Positions 8,225 to 16,716 of a stretch of DNA of 26,916 nt are shown here, piece by piece. Under the pieces are notes generated by a model that ran no database searches, had not been told where the DNA came from, and was given only the letters and a program-made list of their open reading frames with translations. This DNA is from Candidatus Nanohaloarchaea archaeon (GTDB lineage: Archaea; Nanohalarchaeota; Nanosalinia; Nanosalinales; Nanosalinaceae): the NCBI GenBank assembly GCA_046497485.1, contig JAWOFP010000055.1, forward strand, positions 1 to 26,916, given 5' to 3'. The position numbers and the translations under genes were made by a program. Every line of letters starts with the position of its first letter. Position 1 is the stretch's first letter.

Positions 8225-9817
8225 ATGTCAGAACTGAAAACCCTATCAAGAAAAATAATTGAACAGATAGAAAACGGAGAACTAGAATCTAAAGAGGAGA
8301 TCGAGCAGGAGAAGAAGAACCTCTGTAGAGAGTTAAGTTTCCCAGGAATGCCAAAAAACAGCGATATACTAGATTTTGCTGAAGAAGACGAGAAAAAGGC
8401 GCAGAAGCTTTTAACCACTAAGCCGATGCGAACAATCTCTGGAATTGCTAACATTGCGATCATGGCGAGGCCTGCACCCTGTGGCGGAGGATGCATTTAC
8501 TGTCCTAAAGGAAAGGACGCGCCACAGAGTTACACAGGTAAGGAACCAGCCACAAGGAGAGCGATCAGGAACGGCTACGACCCATATGACCAGGTCCACG
8601 ACAGACTTGGCCAGTACGAAAAGAATGGTCACTCAATTGATAAATCCAAATTAATTGTAATGGGGGGAACATTTCCTTTCCAGGACCCAGATTATCAGAG
8701 GGAATTCTTAACAGAGGCCTTCAACGGATTCAACACATATCCTGAGGACTCAGATAACGAGAAAGTCGATACTCTGGAAGAAGCCAAAAAGATTAACGAG
8801 ACTGCAGAGGTCAGGAACGTGGGAGTTACTTTCGAGACCAGGCCTGATATCGCGGAGACCAAGCATATTGATAGAATCCTGGAGATGGGAGGAACCCGTA
8901 CAGAAATGGGCGTTCAGACAGTATTCGACGAGACTCATGAGCGAACAAATAGAGGCCATGGGATGGAGCCTGTGATTAAAGCCACTAAACGATTGAAAAA
9001 CGCAGGCTTCAAAGTATGTTACCATCTGATGCTAGGCCTTCCAGGGGAAGGATATGAAGAAGATATCGAAAAGTTCAAAGAAGTCTTCAGCAACGAAGAT
9101 TATCAGCCTGACGAGATTAAGATCTATCCTTGTGAAGTTATTCAGGGAACTGAGCTTTACCGCCAGTATGAGGAAGGAGAATTCGATCCAATTGATGATG
9201 AAGAAGCGAAAAAGCGGTTGAAGAAGGCTCAGAAAGATATAATTCCTCCACATGTGAGAGTGAAGAGAGTTATGAGAGATATTCCTTCGACTGAAGTCGA
9301 TGCCGGCCCACAACTAACAAATATGAGGCAAATGGCCTTACAGGAACTTAGAAAAGAAGGAAAGAGGTGTAGATGTATAAGATGTAGGGAAGTAGGGCAT
9401 GTGAAGAGAACTCACGATCTTGAACCTCACAAAGAGAATATCGAATTAATTGAGAGAGATTACGAGGCCTCAGGAGGGCAAGAATACTTTGAAAGCTTTG
9501 AGGACACTGAAAATGACATAATTCTGGGATTCACACGGTTAAGAGCTCCGGATGAGTCTCACAGACCTGAAATTGATGAAGATGCTTTACTCGTCCGACA
9601 ACTGAAGGTGCTTGGTTCTGCTACTGATATCGGTGCGGAGGGTTCAGACACTCAGCACAAGGGATACGGCACGAAGTTAATGGAAAATGCCGAGGAAAAA
9701 GCTAAGGAGCTTGGAAAAGAGAAAGTCGTTGTAATCTCTGCAGTGGGAACTAGGGAGTATTACCGGAAGCTTGGGTATGAGAAGGAAGGTCCTTACATGG
9801 TCAAGAATCTAGATTAA
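8225..9817 (+). CDS. elp3: Elp3 tRNA uridine(34) acetyltransferase (radical SAM + KAT)
   Basis: KPMRTISG, CGGGCIYCP, PQSYTGKEPA, ETRPD, CRCIRCREV, QHKGYG, ISAVGTREYYRKLGY. Confidence 0.97.
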   Translation: MSELKTLSRKIIEQIENGELESKEEIEQEKKNLCRELSFPGMPKNSDILDFAEEDEKKAQKLLTTKPMRTISGIANIAIMARPAPCGGGCIYCPKGKDAPQSYTGKEPATRRAIRNGYDPYDQVHDRLGQYEKNGHSIDKSKLIVMGGTFPFQDPDYQREFLTEAFNGFNTYPEDSDNEKVDTLEEAKKINETAEVRNVGVTFETRPDIAETKHIDRILEMGGTRTEMGVQTVFDETHERTNRGHGMEPVIKATKRLKNAGFKVCYHLMLGLPGEGYEEDIEKFKEVFSNEDYQPDEIKIYPCEVIQGTELYRQYEEGEFDPIDDEEAKKRLKKAQKDIIPPHVRVKRVMRDIPSTEVDAGPQLTNMRQMALQELRKEGKRCRCIRCREVGHVKRTHDLEPHKENIELIERDYEASGGQEYFESFEDTENDIILGFTRLRAPDESHRPEIDEDALLVRQLKVLGSATDIGAEGSDTQHKGYGTKLMENAEEKAKELGKEKVVVISAVGTREYYRKLGYEKEGPYMVKNLD

Positions 9818-10197
9818 TATTCTATTATTCTCTTCTCTAATTCTATATCGAGGCCTTGACAGGCGTTTTTTACTAGCTTGAAGTAAGGCTTTCTTTCATT
9901 CTCCAGCTTTCTAGTATGATAAATTACTTTGTCTACGTTATGAGATTCTAGAAAATTTTTGACTCCTGTAATAAGCTGAGGAATATTTCTTTCCCGTAAA
10001 AGCTCATCGTAGAACGGGATCTCCTCTTCAGGCCATATTAGACCGTATTTTCCTGAAAGTATCGCAAAATCCTCATTTCTTTTCTCTGCTAAGGCCTTTA
10101 TTCTATCGATTCTTTCCGAGTCGTATCTTTCTATAGCTGGGAGGTCTTTCCTTGTTCTGTCTTTTTCTTTTGTGCAGTATGTGATATGGAGCGTCAT
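9814..10197 (-). CDS. DUF6884/YaaA-like small protein
   Basis: CTKEK...LPAIERYDS...ILSGKYGLI...IPFYD pattern typical of this family. Confidence 0.7.
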   Translation of the reverse strand: MTLHITYCTKEKDRTRKDLPAIERYDSERIDRIKALAEKRNEDFAILSGKYGLIWPEEEIPFYDELLRERNIPQLITGVKNFLESHNVDKVIYHTRKLENERKPYFKLVKNACQGLDIELEKRIIEY

Positions 10198-10215
10198 TAG
10201 AGGGCTTTTGTAGAA

Positions 10216-10234
10216 GGAAAAATAAAAAGAAAAA
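10216..10234 (-). terminator. Oligo-T terminator candidate downstream of the 93-aa ORF
   Basis: Minus strand reads TTTTTCTTTTTATTTTTCC. Confidence 0.4.
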
Positions 10235-10287
10235 GTGGTTTGGCTTTTTGTCCCCTCCCCTGAGACTTAGTCGCCAATGAATGAGAT

Positions 10288-10569
10288 CTAGTTCGAGTGT
10301 GTTTGCTTGAGTGTCTGCCACTCCTCTGAAAATTCATCTTTCATCTCTTCGAGTGCAATTCTTTCTTCGTCTGTTAATTCGTTAGATTCTACTATATTTC
10401 GGAAGATTTTGTAAGGGTGTGTCGGTACTTCCTCGTTCATATTTTTCTGGAATCGTTCTGCAAATTTTTCCCTGTGTTTCTGAACTTTATCTTCTAAAAC
10501 ACCGTTGTCTTCCCATTCATCGGCGAGCTTCTCTTTTCTGCTCTTTCCAATATCCCAGAGGCTCGCCAT
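10288..10569 (-). CDS. Hypothetical protein (helical, charged)
   Basis: 93-aa ORF with ATG, genome-typical acidic composition, no competing gene. Confidence 0.7.
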   Translation of the reverse strand: MASLWDIGKSRKEKLADEWEDNGVLEDKVQKHREKFAERFQKNMNEEVPTHPYKIFRNIVESNELTDEERIALEEMKDEFSEEWQTLKQTHSN

Positions 10570-10710
10570 ATAAGTAATAAAAAATATTAATTCTTATTAA
10601 CCTTTCGTTAAAACAGGCTTAGCGGCCCGCACAGCAATCAAAGATTATTTTCTTTAAAGTAGTAACACATTGAAGGCTTTATGAATAAGCAAATTCAATG
10701 TAAATTCAAG

Positions 10711-11406
10711 ATGGCGCTCCAAAACTTGATCAAGGAATCCGCAGAAGAACTTAGAGAAAGACCTTCGCTTTTCGCGCCCAAGATATTGACAAGCATTGTA
10801 GGAAGCATATGGATGCTTTTCCTGCTTGAAGCTTCAAAAACAATGAACATGTCTCACATGCTTCTAGGCCTCGCATTTTTCCCGCTTATATTCTTCCTGG
10901 GGGTTCTGAGCCCAGTAATAGTAGCAGAAATGATCAAAAATGACTATAAATTGAAGAAAGGAGTATTACAGACTCTTGACTATATCCCAAAACTTTTACT
11001 CACAAGCCTAATACTAATTATAGTCTTAACAGCAGCCTTGCTCCCAGCATACATAGGGCTTGGAGTCGCCTTACTTTATGGAAGCTATATTCTGCTGATT
11101 ATAGGGCTTCCAATCACAATGATAGCAGCAGGAATGATTGTCTATGGAATTTATTTCCTCCCGATAACCTTGACAGAGAACTCAGCTTTAGACAGCTTCA
11201 AAGAATCATTTAAGGCCTCAGGAGAAAATAAGAGAGAAGTCGCAGCATTAGTATTATTCTCATTTGTGCTGCTTGGAATAACATATAGGGCGACAGGAAC
11301 ACTGGAAATTCTAGGAGCTGCAGGATTTATTCTGGGAAGAATTCTTTCCTCAATAGTATCAACCTATACAGTCACACTTAGTCCAAAATACTACATAGAA
11401 AAATAG
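10711..11406 (+). CDS. Integral membrane protein of unknown function
   Basis: About 6 hydrophobic segments and SALDSFKESF motif; likely ATG at 10711 (MALQNLIK). Confidence 0.75.
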   Translation: MALQNLIKESAEELRERPSLFAPKILTSIVGSIWMLFLLEASKTMNMSHMLLGLAFFPLIFFLGVLSPVIVAEMIKNDYKLKKGVLQTLDYIPKLLLTSLILIIVLTAALLPAYIGLGVALLYGSYILLIIGLPITMIAAGMIVYGIYFLPITLTENSALDSFKESFKASGENKREVAALVLFSFVLLGITYRATGTLEILGAAGFILGRILSSIVSTYTVTLSPKYYIEK

Positions 11407-11428
11407 AGAAATAAGAATATGAGAATAA

Positions 11429-11992
11429 TCAGGCCTTAAGAGTATCTACAAGCTCTTCTGCAGCCTTTTCCGCCTTACCATCAGGATTCTCAATTATCTT
11501 CAGGTAAGCACCAGTCAGCACACAGTCAGCAGAAGCCATCTCTCGTGCGACATGCTGGTACTCTGCAATACTCCCTGGAGAGTCATGTTCCCTATCTCTA
11601 TCATCATCGTCCTTTACTCTGCCCCAGATCTCCTCTGGCTTTGCAGTTAGCATGATGATTTTATCTGGATCCAACTGCTCTACACTCCACTTTGGAAGGC
11701 CTGGAATGTATCCATGAGGCGATTTAATCGTTGCATGTGTGTCGACTATTACTTCGTTATCTTCTGCTATCTCAAAGATTTTTTCTGCGGCTTCACTCTG
11801 AATCTGCTTGTATGTCTCGACATCAAGCTCCTTCATTTCATCTCTGGAATTGACTCCATGCTCCTTTGCAGTCTCCATCATTTTATCTCCATAATTTACG
11901 ATTTCATAATCTTGATCGGAGAGAAGCATTGCTTCCTCCAGAACTGTTCCTTTACCGACTCCTGATAATCCAACTATAATGTTTAAACTCAT
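11429..11992 (-). CDS. adkA: Archaeal adenylate kinase
   Basis: P-loop GLSGVGKG, NYGDKM, RDEMKEL, IVDTHATIKSPHGYIPGLP; ATGA overlap with the cca stop. Confidence 0.95.
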   Translation of the reverse strand: MSLNIIVGLSGVGKGTVLEEAMLLSDQDYEIVNYGDKMMETAKEHGVNSRDEMKELDVETYKQIQSEAAEKIFEIAEDNEVIVDTHATIKSPHGYIPGLPKWSVEQLDPDKIIMLTAKPEEIWGRVKDDDDRDREHDSPGSIAEYQHVAREMASADCVLTGAYLKIIENPDGKAEKAAEELVDTLKA

Positions 11993-13311
11993 TTTGATTC
12001 ACAGTTAAACTCTGTGAAAAGATACTTTAACCATTTATCCTCGCCCTCCATTGGGTCCACAAACTTTGACTCCTCTACATAGGAAGACAACTGGTTAGGG
12101 ACTCCGCGCTCCTTAAGTTCAGAGACATCTCCTCTCAATACATGCTTTAATAAGGCCTGAGCATCTGTAAACTCTCTATCAATTTTTGCGCAAACTCTTT
12201 CTTCTTCCACAAAGATATTGCTGTATTTCTCTGTGAACTGGTCAATATGCTTAGAGTTATGGAAAACTTGAGGTCCTTTCACAATCCTTGTATCCGGCAG
12301 ATGACGATCCACTTCAAAGAATATTCTGCATTGATTCCCTACAAACTCGCCTGAAGAATAGATTCTGAAATCATTTTTCTCTAACTTCTTCAAAAGCAGG
12401 CGTTTCAACTTCCGCATCTGAGGATAGAGAATATCATTAACCTGGTCAGGCCTGTCAAAATCCAGTACAAGTAAGTCAGCTCGTCTATCAATTTCTTTCT
12501 TCAATTCAAATTCTGAGAAATCTTCTTTTTTACTGAACATTGAGTAGCTGGGATTTTCTTTCAACCGATACGCCTTGAATATGAATTTGGCATAATTTTC
12601 TTCTGTCATCACTGCGGCTACATTCCTGTCCGGATCAACAGGGTCTACTACTACAAAGTTCGATTCAAACTCTTTTTCAGACTCTCCATAGTCTATCCTT
12701 TTTTCTCTTCTCCATTCTGAGGCCTCTCTAATTAATTCTTCAAAGCTTCCGAAGTAAGCGATCAGTATTTCACATAGGTATCCTGAAAAACCTTGAATCT
12801 CCAGAGAAGAACCATATAGGCCTTGTGCCTGTAGAAAAGCCTTAAGTACAACGACATCTTTCCTCTGTTGTTCATCTAAATTATTTTTAACCCATTCTGT
12901 ATGGTGAGGAGTCCTATCGACTGCGCTCTCTAACTCTCCTTTCTCCAAGTCGTAGCATGGGACGATTTCGACTTCATGTCCTTCTACAAAACCTTTAGTG
13001 TAAGGGTGCTCTGCATATTCGACATGGTATTCTTCTCCTAACTGCTCGAACACCTGTTTTCCTATTTTCAGGCCTTTGTTCTCGAGTTCCTGACGAGTAG
13101 TATCTTCTGGAAATAAGACAAATGTATCGATGTCTTTGTCACCAGTCATACAGGTGCCTCTTGAGGCTGAGCCTGCGAAATGTGACTCTAGACTGTATTC
13201 TTCTTGTATGAAGGCCTGGATTTTTTCAAATATTCTATTCGATGAATCTAGTTCTTCCTTTTCAGGGTAGAATTCATTTACTGCGCGTTGCTTAATTTTT
13301 TCCAGTTCCAT
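11989..13311 (-). CDS. cca: Class I CCA-adding enzyme (tRNA nucleotidyltransferase)
   Basis: GS..RGT...DKDIDTF, YAEHPY, VEIVPCY, SAVDRTPHHT, GFSGYLCEIL, VVDPVDPDRNVAA. Confidence 0.97.
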   Translation of the reverse strand: MELEKIKQRAVNEFYPEKEELDSSNRIFEKIQAFIQEEYSLESHFAGSASRGTCMTGDKDIDTFVLFPEDTTRQELENKGLKIGKQVFEQLGEEYHVEYAEHPYTKGFVEGHEVEIVPCYDLEKGELESAVDRTPHHTEWVKNNLDEQQRKDVVVLKAFLQAQGLYGSSLEIQGFSGYLCEILIAYFGSFEELIREASEWRREKRIDYGESEKEFESNFVVVDPVDPDRNVAAVMTEENYAKFIFKAYRLKENPSYSMFSKKEDFSEFELKKEIDRRADLLVLDFDRPDQVNDILYPQMRKLKRLLLKKLEKNDFRIYSSGEFVGNQCRIFFEVDRHLPDTRIVKGPQVFHNSKHIDQFTEKYSNIFVEEERVCAKIDREFTDAQALLKHVLRGDVSELKERGVPNQLSSYVEESKFVDPMEGEDKWLKYLFTEFNCESK

Positions 13312-13355
13312 AGAATCCTTTTGTAGAAAATTAAAGATAAAATGAGGGGTATATG

Positions 13356-13736
13356 TTATCGCTTGCCTTTCACAAGAACTCGGTCGTCTACTACCCAGTA
13401 CTTGATCTCTTCGCCTTCTCCAGCATCTAAGTCATCAGGCAGCTCCATTTCATCGGTCTCGTAAGTGTCCATATCCATGACTTGTGCAATGTTTCCGTCT
13501 CTTGAGACGATCTGGCCTACCTTCTTGTCTAGGTCCGGGGAGATCATTGTTGCGTCTCCAGGCTTTGTGATATGTCTGTCCTTGTCGTCAAAGATTCCAC
13601 GGGCTTTAATCTTGCATTTTGCGGATCCGTGTTTTCCAGGACTGGATTTGGACATTGATCTTACTTCGCATGGTTCTCCGTCGATCATAACCATTGAACC
13701 ATTTCTAACGGAAGAGGCCTCGATCTGTTTAGGCAT
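13356..13736 (-). CDS. eif5a: Translation factor aIF5A
   Basis: Hypusine loop SSPGKHGSAK, IDGEPC, QVMDMDTYET. Confidence 0.97.
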   Translation of the reverse strand: MPKQIEASSVRNGSMVMIDGEPCEVRSMSKSSPGKHGSAKCKIKARGIFDDKDRHITKPGDATMISPDLDKKVGQIVSRDGNIAQVMDMDTYETDEMELPDDLDAGEGEEIKYWVVDDRVLVKGKR

Positions 13737-13937
13737 TTAATGTTCCACCGCCATATCGATATCTTCCTTTTTTACAGTGTTTCTATCTGCGTAATCCGCA
13801 AACTTTGAAGCATCTGAAGCTATTTCTTCTCCAAGCTCCTCTATTGCGTCTCTTAGTTCTTCCACTGCGCCGCTGGAAACTCTCTCTGCTCCAGCACCTC
13901 TAATTATTCTTTCAACTGCTGCTTTAGGTAGACTCAT
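13737..13937 (-). CDS. Archaeal histone (HMf family, single fold)
   Basis: 66 aa, collinear with HMfB: LPKAAVERII..AGAERVS...R.TVK.EDI. Confidence 0.95.
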   Translation of the reverse strand: MSLPKAAVERIIRGAGAERVSSGAVEELRDAIEELGEEIASDASKFADYADRNTVKKEDIDMAVEH

Positions 13938-14000
13938 AGTTAATCACAATAAACATTGAGTGAACAACATTTTTTAACTATAGCCAATTTTAGGCCTGTT

Positions 14001-14438
14001 GTGAAAGCAATAGACGCAAATGTAATCATACATGGAAGAGGCCTAGACGGAGACCTAGTAACAGTCCCTGAAGTAATGGATGAGTTAAAGAGTGAGAAAG
14101 CGAGTTCTTCAGTTCACGGCTTCCAGATAGATACTTTCTCTCCATCTCAAGAAGCAATTGAAAAAGTCAATGGAAAAGCTGAGGAAATTAATTCGAAGGC
14201 CTCAAAGGTTGATCAAAAGCTTCTGGCATTGGCGATGGAGAAAGATATTGAGTTGATAACAGATGATAAAGAGTTACAGAACTTAGGCCTTCATCTTGAT
14301 GTAGATGTTTCTGGGTTTCTAGATCCTGTTACGGATAAGAAGATGACCTGGAAAGTTGTCTGCCCTAATTGTGGTAAAAGAGAGTGTAGCTGTGGAACTA
14401 CTCCTGTTCGGAAACTAGATCAGTGTAGTTCAGTATAA
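14001..14438 (+). CDS. nob1: Nob1 endoribonuclease (PIN domain + Zn ribbon)
   Basis: AIDANVII, TVPEVMDEL, SKVDQKLLALA, LITDDKELQN, WKVVCPNCG; likely GTG start at 14001 (ORF track start 13956). Confidence 0.85.
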   Translation: MKAIDANVIIHGRGLDGDLVTVPEVMDELKSEKASSSVHGFQIDTFSPSQEAIEKVNGKAEEINSKASKVDQKLLALAMEKDIELITDDKELQNLGLHLDVDVSGFLDPVTDKKMTWKVVCPNCGKRECSCGTTPVRKLDQCSSV

Positions 14439-15432
14439 ATTCTTTCGTTAGTATCAGCATCAATGGTCCGAGAATGATGCCTTTAAACCCTAGAACTAAT
14501 GGTCCTGCTAAAAACCCTATGAATATGATTAAAGGGTGCTCATTCAAGTTCTTGGATCCAAGCCATGGTCTGTAAAGGACTTCGGGCAGGATCTGAAGCA
14601 CTATTACTCCGTAAAGGAAGATTAATGTGGCTTTCAATGGTTCGGAGGCCATGAGATAGTATCCTGTCATTGGAGCATAGAACATGAAAGATGCAACAAG
14701 TGGAAGTATTGCTGCTACCGCAATTAGTAAAGCCCATATTGGGACAAGAGGTATTGGGGTTGTTATAATTCCTATAGCGTAGAATCCGGCGGCGGCGAGC
14801 AATCCCATGACTCCAGCAACCATTATCTGGGTAATAAATACTCCTCTGAAAATGTTATCGGTTGATTCAACTAGAGATCTAATTATGCTTGACTCTGTCT
14901 CGGGTAGGCCTTCCAGGACAGAATTAAATGCTTCGTAGATTCTTTGCCTGTCTCTGTAGAAATAAATTGCTGCTACTAGGAAGATGCCGGTTTGAATAAG
15001 GTAGTAAGGCATAGATGCGAACAATGAAAGCAGGAAGTCTGTGGCAAACCCTGAGGCCTGGTTGAAGAAGTCACTGATGTTTCCTGAAATGTAGGGTGGC
15101 GGGTTTAAAGGTTCAAGTGAGGCAAGTAGGATCTCCTCGAAATCTCTGGTAAATGAGTTCAGTCTCTCAATTATCTCGAAGATGTTGGAGAAGAAGAGGT
15201 ATAGGCCTGCTGATATCGTTGATAGCAGCGCTGATATAATTATTACTGTAGATAGTAACTCGCTTTTGATATGGTGTGTAAGATTTTCGTGAAGTATTGA
15301 GAGCAGGTAGGCTGTTACGATCGCGAGAATTATAGCATCTAGGAATGGATAGATTATAACGATGCTTCCTAGTATGAGTAGAATAGCTACAAACAGGATT
15401 TCTCTTTTTGCTCTCAATGGATCTTCAGCCAT
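14398..15432 (-). CDS. AI-2E family transporter
   Basis: PFLDAIILAIVTAYLL, multiple TM helices, LYRPWL...EHPLIIFIGFLAGPLVLGFKGIILGPL. Confidence 0.92.
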   Translation of the reverse strand: MAEDPLRAKREILFVAILLILGSIVIIYPFLDAIILAIVTAYLLSILHENLTHHIKSELLSTVIIISALLSTISAGLYLFFSNIFEIIERLNSFTRDFEEILLASLEPLNPPPYISGNISDFFNQASGFATDFLLSLFASMPYYLIQTGIFLVAAIYFYRDRQRIYEAFNSVLEGLPETESSIIRSLVESTDNIFRGVFITQIMVAGVMGLLAAAGFYAIGIITTPIPLVPIWALLIAVAAILPLVASFMFYAPMTGYYLMASEPLKATLIFLYGVIVLQILPEVLYRPWLGSKNLNEHPLIIFIGFLAGPLVLGFKGIILGPLMLILTKEFILNYTDLVSEQE

Positions 15433-15545
15433 TGTCTTCCAATTATAATTGGATAGTTAAATTACTCGGGATGGGTGAAAAACACATAGCTGATACTGTA
15501 ACTACCGAAAGGTCATTCAAGCTAGGAAAACATATTTAAAGATTA

Positions 15546-15560
15546 GGGAAACCTTTAAAT
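15546..15560 (+). promoter_or_regulatory. BRE/TATA promoter candidate for tfb
   Basis: GGGAAAC-CTTTAAAT about 27 bp before the ATG at 15587. Confidence 0.55.
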
Positions 15561-15586
15561 TATATTACGAGGTTCGATTCTAAAAA

Positions 15587-16675
15587 ATGACTGAAGATAC
15601 CGAGAATATTCCGAGGAGACAGATCGACGAATACGATATCCCCGAAGAATGGAAAGAAGAAGAGGAGGAAGAAGAGGAAAAAACAGAAGAAGAATCAGAA
15701 GCAGAAGTGCCTGAAGAAGGAGAAGAAGGCTACGACGTAGTACAGGAAGAAGCCGACGAAGGCGATACCGTACTGACATGTCCAGAATGTGGGTCACAAA
15801 GATTCGAAGAAGACTCCGCAAAAGGAGAACTCATATGTATAGAATGTGGAATGGTAATCGATGAGGACAGAATCGATGAATCCGCAGAATGGAGAGCATT
15901 CAACGCAGAAGAAAAAGAAAAGAAAGCCCGTGCCGGACAACCATTGACGTACACAAAGCACGACATGGGAATCAGCACAGAGATCGGAAAAGGTTCCGGA
16001 GAACTCTACAAAGTCTCAGGGAACAAACGTGCCCAATACTACAGACTAAGAAAATGGCACAAAAGACTGACAAAGAGCAAAGACAGGAACCTAGGATTCG
16101 CATTAAGCGAACTCAACTCAATGATCTCAAACCTGAACCTGCCTGAATCAGTCCACGAAGAAACAGCAAGACTATACGAAAAAGCAGTGGACCAAGGCCT
16201 TGTCAGAGGACGATCAATGGAATCCATTATTTCAGCACTGATTTACATCGTCGCAAGAAAACAAGGAACACCAAGAACACTGGACGAAATCAGCGACGCA
16301 TCCGGAATCGAAAAAAGAGAAATCGGACGCGCATACCGTTACGTAGCAAGAGAACTAGGCCTCAGAATCTTACCGGCCAAACCTCAAGACTATGTACCAA
16401 GATTCGCCGGAAAACTCCAGCTAAGTGGAGAAGTCCAGGCACGAGCAAGAAACATCCTCAAAGAAGCACGAGAACGAGACCTACTATCCGGAAAAGGACC
16501 AACAGGCCTCGCAGCTGCAGCACTCTACATCGCAGCAGTGCTTGAAGGAGAAAAACGAACACAGAGAGAAGTAGCAGATGTAGTCGGAGTAACAGAAGTA
16601 ACAATCAGAAACCGCTACAAAGAACTCGCAGAAAAACTAGGCCTAGAAGACGAACTAGAAGAAAAAAGCAACTAA
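15587..16675 (+). CDS. tfb: Transcription initiation factor IIB with long acidic N-terminal extension
   Basis: Zn ribbon CPECGS...CIECG, EWRAF B-reader, two cyclin repeats (GRSMES, PRTLDEI, GKGPTGLAAAALY, TQREVADVVGVTEVTIRNRYKEL). Confidence 0.98.
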   Translation: MTEDTENIPRRQIDEYDIPEEWKEEEEEEEEKTEEESEAEVPEEGEEGYDVVQEEADEGDTVLTCPECGSQRFEEDSAKGELICIECGMVIDEDRIDESAEWRAFNAEEKEKKARAGQPLTYTKHDMGISTEIGKGSGELYKVSGNKRAQYYRLRKWHKRLTKSKDRNLGFALSELNSMISNLNLPESVHEETARLYEKAVDQGLVRGRSMESIISALIYIVARKQGTPRTLDEISDASGIEKREIGRAYRYVARELGLRILPAKPQDYVPRFAGKLQLSGEVQARARNILKEARERDLLSGKGPTGLAAAALYIAAVLEGEKRTQREVADVVGVTEVTIRNRYKELAEKLGLEDELEEKSN

Positions 16676-16695
16676 AGGCCTAAAATCTCCCCACA

Positions 16696-16705
16696 TTTTT
16701 CTCTT
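16696..16705 (+). terminator. Oligo-T terminator candidate after tfb
   Basis: TTTTTCTCTT 20 bp after the stop codon. Confidence 0.35.
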
Positions 16706-16716
16706 AATTTTCTATT

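Noticed and set aside
8474..8505. Elp3 cluster motif C-x3-C-x2-C, shorter than the C-x4-C-x2-C of many archaeal Elp3
   Set aside because: This is the standard radical SAM spacing and, as I recall, occurs in other Elp3 homologues; not distinctive enough.
10250..10262. G-rich string as an ORB/replication-origin element
   Set aside because: No TCCA-N-TGGAAAC-type core, no repeats and no adjacent orc1/cdc6 gene.
15487..15582. GGTTCGATTC (T-arm-like) and a small ACC-GAAA-GGT hairpin upstream of tfb as tRNA or ribozyme
   Set aside because: No cloverleaf or acceptor stem; hammerhead core and C/D boxes are not matched; the region is explained by divergent promoters.
15650..15730. GAA/GAG low-complexity run as a tandem repeat element
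   Set aside because: It simply encodes the poly-Glu tail of TFB, reported as a protein feature.
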